This document shows positions 1 to 13,751 of a DNA stretch of 64,000 bases, piece after piece. Below the pieces are notes generated by a model. That model saw only the letters and a program-made list of their open reading frames with translations. It made no database searches and was not told where the DNA came from. The stretch is taken from positions 30,568,001 through 30,632,000 of the forward strand of contig NC_087245.1 in the NCBI RefSeq assembly GCF_037042905.1, in the 5' to 3' direction. Source of the DNA: Lytechinus pictus. Its lineage: Eukaryota. The number at the start of each line of letters is the position of its first letter. The first letter of the stretch is position 1. The position numbers and the translations under genes are program-made.

Positions 1-8
1 TGATTAAT

Positions 9-75
9 GCCTGGGGTAGGATTTGAACCTATAGCCCTCTCAGTAAGAAATGGGAGTCAGAACCACTACACCATG
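9..75 (-). mobile_element. tRNA-derived SINE head (Pol III A/B boxes)
   Basis: The minus strand reads CATGGTGTAGTGGTT...GGTTCAAATCCTACCCCAGGCA, i.e. A-box and B-box at tRNA spacing, but with no clean cloverleaf. Confidence 0.6.
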
Positions 76-2324
76 ATATCAATGGCTTTCCATGGTTAGG
101 ATTGATTGGATCAATCACAAGTCTTTGTCTTGTTGGGTCTACGTTTGATCAATGGTGCTTCACCCTCTTACTCATTCTAACTAACCAGACTTTTATTTTT
201 TAAGCTGTGTTTTGAGGCTAATGTCAATCTCATATCCCTTACAACTGACATTTAATACTTTTATTTTGCCTACCATTGCATTGATGTTTCTTTGATGTGT
301 TTTTCATATCATTTGCATTTTGGCCTGTCTTCATTTCTTAACATTCATAACCCTAATCTATGTTACAAGTTTGATTTTATTTTTCAAAAATCAATTTTGA
401 AAGTATTTTTTTAGTTATTCTAGAAAATAAAATTTGAAATGCACAGTACAAAATGTAGCATAGTTGTTGCTCTGGACATATTGGAAAGAGTTTGATGAAA
501 TAACAGAAAATAGCTGTGGGAATATTTTTTTCTACATGTACATGTATAAAACCATTGTCTGTGATATATTACATGTAGTAAAATCCTTTGGTTTACCCCT
601 GAAATACGGGGATGTCCTCATATGTTTGAGAGACTGTTCATAGTTCCACGAAAGAAATTATCATGGAGCTGATTCTCATGGGGGATTGCATTGATCATTA
701 TGTGCAGTCAATTCTAAGCATCTCCTATTAATTTGAATAATTTTGGAACAGTCAAATATACAATTTTGTAGATTATGTTATGGATTAAGTACATACGTGT
801 TGATTTTCATTGATATTGCACTAGCAACAGCTGAGATCTTTGTGGAGAGGCCACTCTCTTTCTAGCACTACAGAATACCCCAGTCTTCTTAAATTAAAAA
901 GGGCAATGAGTCAAGAATAATTAGGGGCATCTTGTTAACGTTTTAATTGATGAAATTAATCTCAAAATTAGTTGAGAATTATTTAACCATTTGCATCAAT
1001 TTATAATACAGGGTCCATTTTAAAGTGTGTACCCCCAAAATATGTATATATTTTTTTATTTCAGCCCTAAAATGATTAGTATAGCATGATATCAGAGTAA
1101 AAAATGCAGGACATGGCATTACCAAAACATGCTGGCAAAAAAGGCCAGCGTCAATAGATAATATCAGGCCAGCAGTAAGGAGAGAGGTTAGATGATCTCA
1201 TGAGAGTTGTTGCAATTTTTTCACAAATTGAATTAAATAGCCCATTTTTTATCTAGCCTGCACAGCAGAAGCTGCTTATTATTTCAATGTAAGGGCCACA
1301 CAAGTGTCTGATAAAAAAAACTATCACATTTGGACTCTTATTTCTTGAGTAAGAGCAAAATTTTGAATTTTGGCGTGGTAAGCAGCTGAGGTCCTGAGGG
1401 GGGGGGGGGGAGTTTGTTCCCAGGCCCGGCTTTATTACCTGTTGAAGTAGCCCATCCTAACGAGGGTTAAATTTCATTATTTTTATGGCAGGGACACTAT
1501 GCTACAGGGCACATTTCTTTATTAATAATATTAATATGCAACATTTATATAGCGCTTAATTGAATGTTTCTATAAAGCACTGCATACTAATATATGTTTC
1601 AAGTTCAATTTCTTTTACAACTCAAGGGGGGGGGGTGAATAGAGCATCAAAAATTTGACGAGGTAAACACTGCTGTTATATTGAATGCAGGCGAGACCAC
1701 TGGGGACGCTCCACTCTTTTTTCATTTGGATGCATTCATTATATTTTTTTGCTATTGATTTATTTTTTCAATAGATTAGGCCTACAATTACATTTACCCG
1801 TAAATTCCAAAATCTTTTAAAACTGAATATGGAAAGGTTCTAGAGATTATAGTTTACGGTTTAAATTGTTTGGAGCTAAGTCAACTATATTATATATGGT
1901 TTTGAACAAAATCCTAGAAATCAGGTTCATTTTGCGTTTATTTGTGAGCGACTGTCTGATTATGATAGGGCACATTTATACATTTAGTTAGTGGTGGAGG
2001 AATTTTATTACTATTTAAACTTACAGGCCAGGTTGAGTTTTTTTAAACACTTTCCAGGATTTCTCATTGGCTTTCTTGTTTTCATGTTTGTGATCTTTTC
2101 TCAGTTTCTTAATTCATTTTGCTGTGTTTGATCTTTATTTATTAGAGGTAGACAAATAGATATATGAACATTTTCAGTTACATGCATTTTATTAGAGCAT
2201 TATGCAATTTATTTGTTTTTTTGTTAGTAGAACAGAATATGGTGTTGGATGTAGTTTTTGTAGACTGTACTATATACATGTATGTAGAATGTAATATTAC
2301 ATCAGGTGTCTGTAGGGCTGACAC

Positions 2325-2521
2325 AACATTTTCTCCTGTGACAATAGCTCCGGTCTTTATACCTCAGAGGGCATAGGGTTAGAGCTATGATTGTATTAAA
2401 TTTTTTGGATCAGAATAAGGTAAAGATATGGATTAGGGTTTATTCAGTTTTGGGGGTTACGTTTTATGTTTTGCTAAATGTACAGATTTCCCATTGGAGC
2501 AATCGTCACTGGAGCAAATGT
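2325..2521. mobile_element. Degenerate MITE-like element with internal TAGGGTT-like motifs
   Basis: ACATTTTCTCCTGTGACAATAGCTCC at the left end is an imperfect inverted match to GGAGCAATCGTCACTGGAGCAAATGT at the right end. Confidence 0.45.
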
Positions 2522-3790
2522 TTTCAATGCATCTATTCCTGGCAACTTTATAATGTACATGTTTGGAAACCTATATGAATCTTAAATTTTTATGATATTG
2601 TATTTAAGCAAAATCAAATTAAAGTTGAATTTACATTGTTCGAAGAAGGAAAAGAAAGGTGCAATCTCAAAATACCAACTAAATCCTCGGAAATGAATCC
2701 CTGAAATTCTGCAGTGTCCAATATTAACTGTAATACTGTGTAGAAAATTGAGCTGGCAAATTAAAAAAGTAACCGCTGGGGGAAAAGACAAACAGGAATT
2801 GAATCAGTCTAAGCCCGATTTCATTGTTATAATTTTGTAGTCATGTCCACAGTTGCAGCCAAGTAAGTCCCAAAGAATGTGAAAGAATGAGAATGATGCT
2901 ATAATTTTTGTTTTCTAGCATTGGGTCATTTGGGTAGCATTGTGGCTTCAATGATATAAATATATGATTCTCCCCAATCTTTTGATCTAACTTGCCTTTG
3001 TAGACAATACTGATGAGATAGATGCCATACTGATATGGTAAACTACTCAATTGGTGATGCGTAAGGGATAATGAAGGGTTGCCTACAAAGATTTGCCAAT
3101 ACATTGTTATTTGATTGATGTTCCTTCACTTTTGGCTTTAAGACCACTAACTCGGCCTGATAAAACTTGGTTATGCCATGATATAGCGACAGCCACTAAA
3201 ATGAGTCTAGCTAGAACACTGGTTGCCTACTTCACTACAGTAAAGAAAATGACATTCTTGATAGCTATACCCCAGAGCCTTATGTACAATATATCAGCCA
3301 ACTTTATAAGGTTGGTATTTCACAAAGTGTGACTGTCATGCTTAAACGCCAACATGCACATGTTATACTTTAAAAAAAAAACCCATGCACATGTTATTTA
3401 ACACGTAATCTGATTGATAGATGCGGGGTAGTGCGAGTCCCGCACACATGATCTGAACAATGCGGTGATACATTATTTACCGCACGCAACTGGAATTTTA
3501 AGTACGAAAAAAACCCTATACATGTAGTTCAAAATAAGCTTTCCCATGAGAGTAGTAAAACAAGTAATATTTTCAATTTATGGTGTTGCCCTGCTGGAGC
3601 CAGCATGGCCAGAGTTGTATGCTTAGATTACTTTAGAATTTGCTGATGATCGTAAGTTTTGGGGTCAGAATAATTATGTATGTATGAATAATTAGGTTTG
3701 TGTGAATCATTTTCTAGCATTACCTAACTTGAGATTTGTTTATGCATCCAAAAATTTCAGGCAGGGCTAGTTCTGTATGATTGGCTCACC

Positions 3791-3960
3791 TGGTGAGTGT
3801 TTCATAAAGCTGTTTGTAAGATACGAATGACTTTACGCACGACTGGTGACCCCTTCTTTTGCTAGATGATACATCCCTATGTCATTCATTTAGGACAGAA
3901 CACGTTCCAGTCGTTCTTAAAGTTGTGCGTAACTTAACGAGCAGCTTTATGAAACACCCA
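3791..3960. mobile_element. MITE, same family as 31596-31847
   Basis: TIRs GGTGAGTGTTTCATAAAGCTG / CAGCTTTATGAAACACCCA. The internal GACTGGTGACCC motif is shared with the 31.6-kb copy in opposite orientation. Confidence 0.6.
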
Positions 3961-4606
3961 TCTGCAGATTTTTAGCTTTCAGGTTGGAAGAAGGAATTGC
4001 TTATTCTTGCAGGTTAATGAAATGTTATTTATGGGCATACTTTAAGGGATTATCTGTTTTCTAATTATATATCTTGCACCAACCCACTCCGATCTGGGAT
4101 GTCCCTTTGTTCTGTATTTTGAACAATCGCAAAAATATTCATGTGAAATTTTGAGAAATTCAGCGACTCACAACAAGAAAGATGGAAAATGTGATGTCCA
4201 AACTTCCAAAACTTTTCTTAACTTCACTTGTCCTCAGCAGGAGCTGCATTTTCGAACACTTGTCTGATTTAAGACGTCTGTCAAGGACAGTATCTGGTAT
4301 TTCCATTTCATAATACGTAAACCAATTGTCCTGATTTGATAGAGACAGTCCTTATTTGGGGGAAAGAAATTAAACAATGTTCACCCATAATGACCTTGTT
4401 GTGAAAGTTTACCCATAGCCTAGGGTTTTGCAGAAAATTTAGCAATGTCCCTATTTTTCTTTATCTTTTAAAATCCTTTGTGTCCCTGTTTATGGACTTT
4501 CAACCTTGGCAGGTTGGCATGATTTGGTCATTCTGGGCCTGTGCACTGCTGTTGATTTTTGACAGCATACTGTAGTTAGAGGAACTATAATTGATGTTGA
4601 AATCTT

Positions 4607-4751
<145 letters not shown>

Positions 4752-5423
4752 ATGATAATGAAGCTTTGGGTTTTTGTAAGGTAATTTGTTTTTTATAGCA
4801 TCCATATTAAGATCCTGTGATGTAGAAGTACTATTTTATCATGTTAACATGTTATCATCATTGTTGTGTATCCATACTAGTTTAGTTCTTGTAGTCTTAC
4901 CATTGTAATAGGTCTTCATCAAGTACAGTGTCCATATTCTCATTTAGGATTTAGCTGTAGAATAATTTTTCTCATTTTGTTAGTTTGCAAGTCATAGTGC
5001 ATATGATTTAACACTATTTTTCTTAACATTGTTTCTCTTTATGTCACAATGAAAGTTTGATTTATCATCATTTAGGCATTTTAACATGATCATTCGGGGT
5101 TATATTACAAACTAGACAATGTCAGTGTTTGATGTAATGTGCATTTATTGCAATTACAAATAAAAAAAACAAAACAAAACATGTAGCCCAGTAAATTATT
5201 GTTTATTCAGATTCCACTTTTAAATCTGCAATCACCTGTTAGGCAGTCATTTGCACTTTAACAAACAAGTGATACCCATGATGTGAATTATGAGTGCTGT
5301 TCCCTGAGTATATAACACAATTTTGAGTATCCCACAATTTTGAGTATCCTACTTATATTTTTCAAGCATCTGTGACGACAATGAATTAAAACGAGTTATT
5401 TTTTTCTATGTTTTCTTCACCAG

Positions 5424-5535
5424 TGGGGGAGACGGCAGCCACCACGGCCGTGATGGTTTCGGACGCACCCCAAAGGAGATGTCTGCTGCCATCAAGGTTC
5501 ATCACGACACGCTCAAGGTCATGTACTTTGCCTAG
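5424..5535 (+). CDS. Terminal coding exon of an unidentified upstream gene (...GGDGSHHGRDGFGRTPKEMSAAIKVHHDTLKVMYFA*)
   Basis: Polypyrimidine tract plus CACCAG acceptor ending at 5423, a GC-rich codon-like island in AT-rich DNA, open frame from 5425 to TAG 5533-5535, then a long AT-rich 3'UTR-like region with AATAAA at ~9575 and 9984. Confidence 0.7.
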
Positions 5536-7003
5536 GTGTCAGAGGTCATCCAGGAGTAAAAAGAGAGAGATAAAGAGAAAAAAAGAGAAAATCCAAAGTT
5601 AAAGAAACCTGTAAATTACCCTAAGGATAGAGCAACATGAGTGATGCTGGAGACTAAACATGACGGCTGACAACAACTGCTGTGATAGTAAGATTGCCAG
5701 CCTGTCATTCAGTGCAACTAATCGAGAAGAAAGAGAGAAAGTACTTGGTTTTTCTTTTTTTCGTAACAAGCCTAGGATTTGCAGGTGTCTACCTATAAAG
5801 AGGTAATAAGGGATTTACTCTCGATTGGTGTTAAACAAGTAGTAAATGGACAGATAAGTTGCCAGATCAATGATTTGATTCCTTTGTACTCTAAGGGAGG
5901 ATCAGGTGAAGAAGACACATGTGCGATTGTTTTGTTTCTCATTTACCCAGCTTTATTGGATTGCCTTTCTCCTTTCGAAGATGAGTCGCATTCATTACCA
6001 TAAATGGATAGATTTCATCCTCCCAGTCATTTTCATGATGCATTTAATGATTATTCAACCGATGTCTATTTACTCCCTATTAACTCTTCCCCACTTCTCT
6101 CTTTGACCTTTGACCTTTGAAGTTGGTTCACTCCTGTGACACCCTCCCCCCCTGAATACACTGTGAAAGATTAAAATCTTCTAGCAGGGGCTGGTTTCAC
6201 AAACAGAAATGCAAGTTTGCGGACATCCCATGTACCAATTTTATAACAATCATTTCTCTGTGTTCGAGAAGCCAGAATTATGATGGTTTTGAGATACAAT
6301 GCCCCTAACATGACATGACTTGTCGAAATGGAGAAAGTTATGTATTACTTGACACACGTTTGTTCAAATTTAAACCAAATATTTACAAACTGGGCTCACT
6401 GCAGGTTTGAATTTCTCTTTTGGTTGTATTGAGATTAAGTAATACAATAAATTCAAACTATGCCAAGGTAGAAAAAACTCCTGATTTAGTCAAACACTTG
6501 CTCATTTTGGGGGCTGGTTACATGTATATTCATATAAATCTAATCAGCCAATTTGAATCATTTTATAGATTTGAAGTTGTTCATACATGTTGCAGGGAGG
6601 AATCATCTTCAAGGTAGAAGTAGCCCTTAGAAAACTGTGAGCTTCATACAAAGTATCTTGTAAAATATCTATGATGTCCAAAATGTGTGTTCAATACGGT
6701 TTTGAACACTGACCAAAACCAGATTGATGAATTCTCCATGAAATTTCCATGAATGGGATTTGATATGATCTCAAGTATTGTATAGTGTGTGATGATTATA
6801 TACCCAAGTCAGTCACTGAATGCTTTCATTTCCTAATAAGCACAAACTATTGTAATAAATAACAAACTTATGATCTTCCAATGAAATTCTATGAGTAGAG
6901 ACATTGATTATAATTTTAGACAAAATGACAAATAAATCATTGATTAGCTTTCATTCATTCGGTGGCCTTAGCAGCTGAAACAGATAGAATCGATGAACTT
7001 CTT

Positions 7004-7151
7004 GGGCCCGTTTTCACACAGACTTGTTATAAGAACAAATGCACAATTTCTATAACAAGTTTGCTATCAGCCAATCGTATCCAATGATTGCAGTAGCCTT
7101 AAACTTTTATTGCAAATTTGTTATTGCAACATGTTTTATGAAACGGGTCCC
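7004..7151. mobile_element. Short MITE with GGG...CCC termini (PIF/Harbinger-like)
   Basis: TIRs GGGCCCGTTTTCACA / TATGAAACGGGTCCC; internal CAGCCAATC; related to 8721-8884 and 35686-35842. Confidence 0.55.
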
Positions 7152-8720
7152 TAATCTAAACGTAAGATATAATTGAAGCACTTCTGATCTAAACATTATT
7201 CTTATCTGACTAAGGCTCGATACTCTTGTATATAAACATGTTTACCCTCAAAGTCACATATTTTTTAAACAACTATTATTATTTTTATGTTTAGGTAAGT
7301 AATTGTGTCATTTTAATTGTGAAACTTGTGTTTTTATGTTGGAATGGTACTAGTGCAGAGGTTTTATCTTATTAGGTATATTTGTCTCTTGGTTGTAATC
7401 ATTGGTCAGAGTAGCATATTTAATAAGATATGATTATGGATTGTAGTGCCAGGTACTTGAATTGAAAATGTTTTGATAAATGGTATGTGTATTCCAGTCA
7501 TAGAAGTAATATGCATAAATCTATTTGAACAAGAAGGATCACATTGTTTTCTAGGATGGTTCATGCAAAGAATCAGACCAATTTTGATCAATATTACTTT
7601 TTGTTATTAAGGATAAGACTACATTTTTGCAGTATAATCTTCTGCAATGTTAGCAATCATCAATCTTGATAATACTTTTTCAATATTGGATCAATTTCAT
7701 TTTGTAAAAAATGTATTTATCATGTTTATATCTAGGTAATGGCACAAATATTTGTTCAATCACACAAAAATGGAACTTGCCAAGCTCAAATTACTCTAGC
7801 TCTCCTTTTTTTTACTTTAATGTTATTGAAAAACCCCACTCTATAGTTCATGCATTGCTTTTAGCAACATAGAACATGTCTGGCTTATTAATTTCATTGC
7901 CTTCAAATGTACAACATGGTAGAGTTATTGAATAGTTTGTCACATGCATGTATTTCTCTATTCATACTGCAACAATATGAGGAAAAAAGAACAAAAGCAA
8001 GTGTATGTGGACTGCCATGACATTGCGTTTAAAAATGGCTGTCTACATGCCGGCCACTATATACAGTATTGTATTGTACATGTATGGTTGTGTACATTAA
8101 GTCCTATATCAGCATTTGTTCAATCTTATCCTTTCCAATTGTATAGTGCTCAAACTTTTCTTCAAGTTTCTTTTTTCTATATGTTGGGTATAAAGACTAT
8201 CCTATAATAATCCAATATTAACCATCTCTGTTCCATTTTCCCTTTACCGTTGGATATTTGATTGTTGTCATGGATAGATTGACAAGGAATGTAGTTTATT
8301 TAGTGCAAAATATAGTGACGTGTGTGACCTTTTTTTTTTCTCCTTCTTTTCTATGCTTTATGTTACCTTAGCTGCTGAGCATTCAAATGGTACTGACCTA
8401 AGTATGCTTATAATCTGAAGCCATGATAACCCAAAGCATTATTCTTATTCAGTTCAATGCTACGGTCACAAATACAGTACAGCCGATTTTTATTCATAGC
8501 AATAAATGGTATGAATTTGTTTGTACGATGTTCGTAAAGGTATTTGTGACCGTAGCGATAATGAACATAGATTACCAGATGATGATGAAAAATGTAAAAT
8601 TGATTTGAGTGGGAGTTTGCCTTTCAGCTTAGTAATTACTAAAACAAGTGTAACTGCTGAATTTTGCTAAAAATCTTGTTTACGTTTTATTAGCTTCATC
8701 TTGAATTAAAATTCATTTCT

Positions 8721-8884
8721 GGGGCCCATTTCATAAAGAGTTACAAATTTTGTTACGGTACTATGTAATTATGACAGCTACCATGGAAACCTTGTTTGTG
8801 ATTGGCTGCTGAACCCTGTTACCATGGTAGCTACCATAAGGGTACAGTTACAATGGTTATAATTCCTTTATGAAAAGGGCCCCA
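8721..8884. mobile_element. Short MITE with GGG...CCC termini (PIF/Harbinger-like)
   Basis: TIRs GGGGCCCATTTCATAAAG / CTTTATGAAAAGGGCCCC, flanked by CTG/CAG, with internal GATTGGCTG. Confidence 0.7.
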
Positions 8885-11800
8885 GATGAACTTACTCCAC
8901 CTGTGGAATGCAAAGTGTTCCGCTCCCCATCTTTACAATCCATTGATTTTGTATCACAATGTTTTTTTATACAAAATAATCCATATATGAATTCCAAGTA
9001 GAATCGGCCTATCTTTTATCTGATTGTTACATGATAAAAATTGTGAATAAAGAGAGTGATAGTACTCTACAAATCCTTGTATTTATAGTCTAAGCCACCT
9101 TAAAGGTATTAACATTCTTATTGTTTAATCAACTTCATAGTTATGTATGCCATCAAAGCAATTTGCCATTTGTATCTCACAGCTTGTATCAAATGGTTGA
9201 AACCAAATTACATATCATTTATGCAATACATGCTCATTCTTTTTTTCTGTTCTAACAAGAACTTTATTCAATATTTGTAACTTTGGCAAATTCAGCTTTA
9301 TATATATGTCACTCCTACTAGTGCACCTGTGTACATATACTAGGGCAAGAATGATACTATTTAATCATAACTGGCTGCTCTTTTCTACTCACAATAACTA
9401 AGGGCACAAAGTTCAAGTTGCCATAGAGATATTAATTTATGCATTTTTTTTTTTGAAAAAGCAATATTCAATACCTTGATTTTCAGCTATATACTTAAAA
9501 AACACATTTTAAGCGTAGATATTCATGTTTTCCTTTCTTTTGGTTTGGTTAGGTAGAGTGCATTCACTGCTGTAATAAAGTTGCAAGCATGTTATCATTT
9601 AGATTAACAATTCACAATGAGATTCCTGGTGTTGGAAAGCTTTGATCTAATTCTTCCTTTCTTTGTTTAGATGTCTAGTGTACATGTTAATTCAAATCTG
9701 TAATTATGAGCAGTACATAACACAGAATATTTTATACCATTTTTTGTGTGTTTGAAATTTTGTGAGGTATACTGAAATATATGTCAGACATCACAAGTGA
9801 AGTTAGAAATGAATAACCTACATCTGTTTTTCAGATATTAACCGGGTGTTTGAAGATCACAGGTAGCTACATGAAACTGCACAAAAAAAAAGAATTGTAC
9901 AATTTGTAATTTACGCTGTTTTTTTGATATGTAAATGGTAAACTCACTTTCATGCTGTTGTATATAGTCTTATTTTCTAATGAAATAAACACGGGAAGTA
10001 AATCATGTTGAAGTGGAATTTTGTTGACACCATCATATGCCTATATTTGTAGTCTCTCTTGTGAGGAGAATGCACAGAGGATAGAGAATATAGTTTTAGT
10101 AGGAGTTGAATTGATATGAAGTAGTGCTTTGATGCGTAATGGGGCCTCCGCATTAGAAGTGAGGGAGTGCTTATCCTGTAGTTTGATTTAAACTACAGTG
10201 TTCACTGTTGTAGAATGAATCAAATTCATACTCCAAGTCTGAATGTGATTTAACACTGTTGAGATAGATATAACTTAGTATTAGTTGGGGTATTACAAAG
10301 TAGATGTTTGCCCGAAATGTTGGCATATATATATGATGTTTTCCTGTTATGATCTGCAAGCATGTTCCCACCCTTGTATCTACTATGAGCCCAGCTGCTT
10401 TTGTGAAGGGTTTATGTTAATCTTCGTTCATCATATTGGGGACGGGGCCATCATTAGCTGTTGATTATCAGGTAATTCTCAAAAGGTGGAGCTATGAAGT
10501 TTGCCGAGTGCCCCAGTGAAGTTACACTGAACACATTTGTGATCAATCAATCAGATCAATCAATTTTAACGGTGAAAAGCCAGTGATGTCATAATTCACC
10601 ATCTCGAGGTTATATACCCCGTCAGTTGTAAAGAAATAAGGAGCAAATGCCATCTCTTTATATCTTCATGCTGAAATGTATAATATACATGTAAGGTGAC
10701 AAATCATTGGCTTTCAAAGATTGAGAGTTAATTACTCACACTGAAATATGGGCACCAGTTCATGGGTCATATATAGTTTTTGTCACTGATCAGTGGTAAT
10801 TCACTAATGGTGCATGTCAGTGAGTTATCCCCAATGACAGTGAAGCACCCTGATGCAAGGTGAGGTAATGTTACATATGGTAGCCTGTAAAAATGATGGA
10901 TGATACCATGCAAATTGAGTGTGTCTCCATATAGCAAACCTCCATCTATTTGTAGATAGAGCAATAGCCAATGTTTTGATTGTACCAAAGAGTCATGTAA
11001 TCAACCACAAGGTCTTTCTTTTGCATAACCTACATGACATGCCACAAGCAAGTCATTCCGTGTAAATGCTCACAATATGGAATCTGAATAGAGAATACCT
11101 GTCTGTAGTACCTGTTGATGTCACTCATAGATGCTACTTTACCATGATTCGTGTGATACATGCAAATTTGTGTTTCATGGTACAGACCTAATATACCCTA
11201 TTAAATGCCTGCTTTTCACAAATAATATAGAGTACCGAAGCGATGTCAGTTGCCATGGTGTCATAGCGGCCTGGTTCTAAACAAAGGAACTCGCCGAATA
11301 ATAGTGTGTGTTTCTCATAGGAGAAAATGGCTGCTATTGGAATTTGATCGCTTGCTACCTATTTTTTCAGACGAGCCAAAGTCATACAAATGTGTACAGA
11401 TGATCGTCAGCTGCGACTCTGTTTAGAACCAGCCTGCCATAACACCATGGCAACTGACGTCACACTTGGTGAAATTGCACTGAACTATGGCAAGCCATTT
11501 GTAAACACTGTTTGCTTCTACTATTGAATATCTTATAGCATCATGGTCACTTGTAAAGACAATTGGCATTTCATATGATTGATTCAAAGTGTAGCGTGGT
11601 GTTAAAATCTTTGGACAGGACTTTACAGCCCTGTAAGACACAGCTAAGCATTTGATCGTAGGGCCGAGGGTTAGACCATGGAGTGCAGAGTACGGGCTAC
11701 AACCTTTTGAAGTCCATTGTCTTGAAAAACATGTCCAAGACAGAATAAATGGCATGCCATAACCAGGAGCAATTTTTCTGCCTAAAATATTGCTAATATA

Positions 11801-13106
11801 GTGAAATATCCCACTCCCCTATTCTCAGCATATTATACCATCTTTGAGAGTAGTGGTATTTTAATAGTGTTTCTTTCTCCCATTGTGCATTGTAGCTCAG
11901 TGTTGTTTTTAGAGATTACCTTTGAATCCTGCCAAGTTGTCCTCTCTCTTTAATAGCACAATGACGCTGCATAAGCACACCAGACATTTTTTTTCAGGGT
12001 TTCTTTTTTTTTAAATGAATTGTACTATACTTGTGCCATTGGTGAGTGGGTATGTATTTAGGGGCCTACGTGAGTTTTTATTTCTATCAGGTATTCCTGT
12101 ACTACATAGGTTCAAATTGATATTTGATTTTGGTGTTAAGAATTAATTTTCAGTGCAACTGAAATTTCCCTTAAGAAAAAAAAATGCAACCAAGCTGGTT
12201 TTTCTGTCTGAAAATGGAAGCAATCATTTTATATCGATTCTTGGGAGTTAACAATTTCCAGGCCCTGGTATTGTGATTATGAAATTTACTGGCCAAAGCC
12301 AAAAGTACTTGATAATTTTGATGAAACCTTGTGTCTGCTCTGGGGCTCGCGGACCCCTCTATTATTTTTCAGTTTAAATGACTTGAGCTTAGCTTGGGTC
12401 TCTATTGACAATCCGTCAAATGGTAAAATATGGTTTATTCAAAGGTAATCCCAACATTAACAAAAAACACATAAGTAGATAAGGTGCTATATTATTGCAA
12501 TAAAATGGCTATAAAGTGTTTGATTTTTGTCATAATTCTTTTGGACACACACATTCCAAAATTATAGGATATGTCATGTTGTGTGCCTACTGTAGGAATA
12601 AAGTGTGTATCGATTACTCATAGTTTAATTTGAGAGCTTTGTTGTATCATAGAACTGGTTTAGTAGAGTTAGGATAAAACAAAATCAGTATTGGAGTGTT
12701 AAATTGTGCTTTTTGAGTTGTATATACTTTTTATTTATCTAATCTTTCTTAAATTTGTGAATTATTTTATTGAACATGGGATTATGGAATGTTATAGATT
12801 AAACACCCCAATGATATCACTCAAGGAAATTGCATAATGTAAAAATCAATTTTGCTTCTGTACTCGCAACATATCCAAACCAATATTTGTTCCAGAATTT
12901 TCATTGAAACAAGTCATTGATAGATATGCCATCTATTGGGGGAAATTAAGTAACAAAATTGTCAATAGGTCATATATGTTCTGCCCATTTGCTGTGAATT
13001 AATAAGGGAGAATGGAGCGCTCATAACTTAACCTGGAATCATTATTTTTCATGATGTAATGGTAATCTAAGATCATAGAATTTTTCAGTGGATCTGTGAG
13101 AAACTA

Positions 13107-13250
13107 CAGGTAACTCTGCCTAAGTCAACCTTCCGTAAGTCAAATATTTGCCTGATAGACCAGACTATTTCAAACATGTCTTCAAATTTTTCCTTTAAGT
13201 CGAACAGATTTCTGTGGTCTCAAAAGATTCGACTTAGGTAGAGTCACCTG
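13107..13250. mobile_element. Tc1/mariner/pogo-type MITE
   Basis: TA|CAGGTAACTCTGCCTAAGTC...GACTTAGGTAGAGTCACCTG|TA: 20-bp imperfect TIRs with TA on both flanks. Confidence 0.8.
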
Positions 13251-13264
13251 TATTAATGTTTTAA

Positions 13265-13751
13265 GGGGAAGTTCACCCTGAAGAATAGTTTGCTGTAAAA
13301 ATGGCAGAAAAAATAATAAAAAATATTTCTGAAGGTTTGAGGAAAATCCATCAAAGAATAAAAATGGTAATAGAATATTATTTGATTTGTGACGTCACAT
13401 GCAGGCAGCTTTCCTACACATCGATTGCCAAAACATCAATGAAATGTAATTTTCTCAAAAAATTGCTTTTACTTTACATTCAGTTATCAATATACAAACT
13501 ATTTCACACCCTTTCCAAAGAGAAAACAATAATAAGTATAAAATCACGAACCACTAAAAAAATATATATATATTTATGCATTTTATATCACATAACATAT
13601 GGGGCAGCCGCTCGTGTATGACGTCACAAATCCAAGAATTGAAATTCTAATGACTTTCTCAATCTTTAATGGATTTCCTCAAACCTCAACCAATATTTTT
13701 TTATTATTTTTTCTATTTTTACAACAAACTTCTTCAGGGTGATCTTCTCCT
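13265..13751. mobile_element. TTAA-flanked MITE (Kolobok/T2-like)
   Basis: TTAA|GGGGAAGTTCACCCTGAAG...CTTCAGGGTGATCTTCTCCT|TTAA, with long imperfect inverted arms (GTGACGTCA motif in both). Confidence 0.8.

Noticed and set aside
9..75. Functional tRNA gene
   Set aside because: A and B boxes are present but the acceptor and anticodon stems do not pair convincingly; a SINE head is the better explanation.
5408..5602. ORF-track 64-aa ORF MFSSPVGE...
   Set aside because: It starts inside the polypyrimidine tract; the alternative frame ending MYFA* has more plausible codon usage and fits the acceptor.
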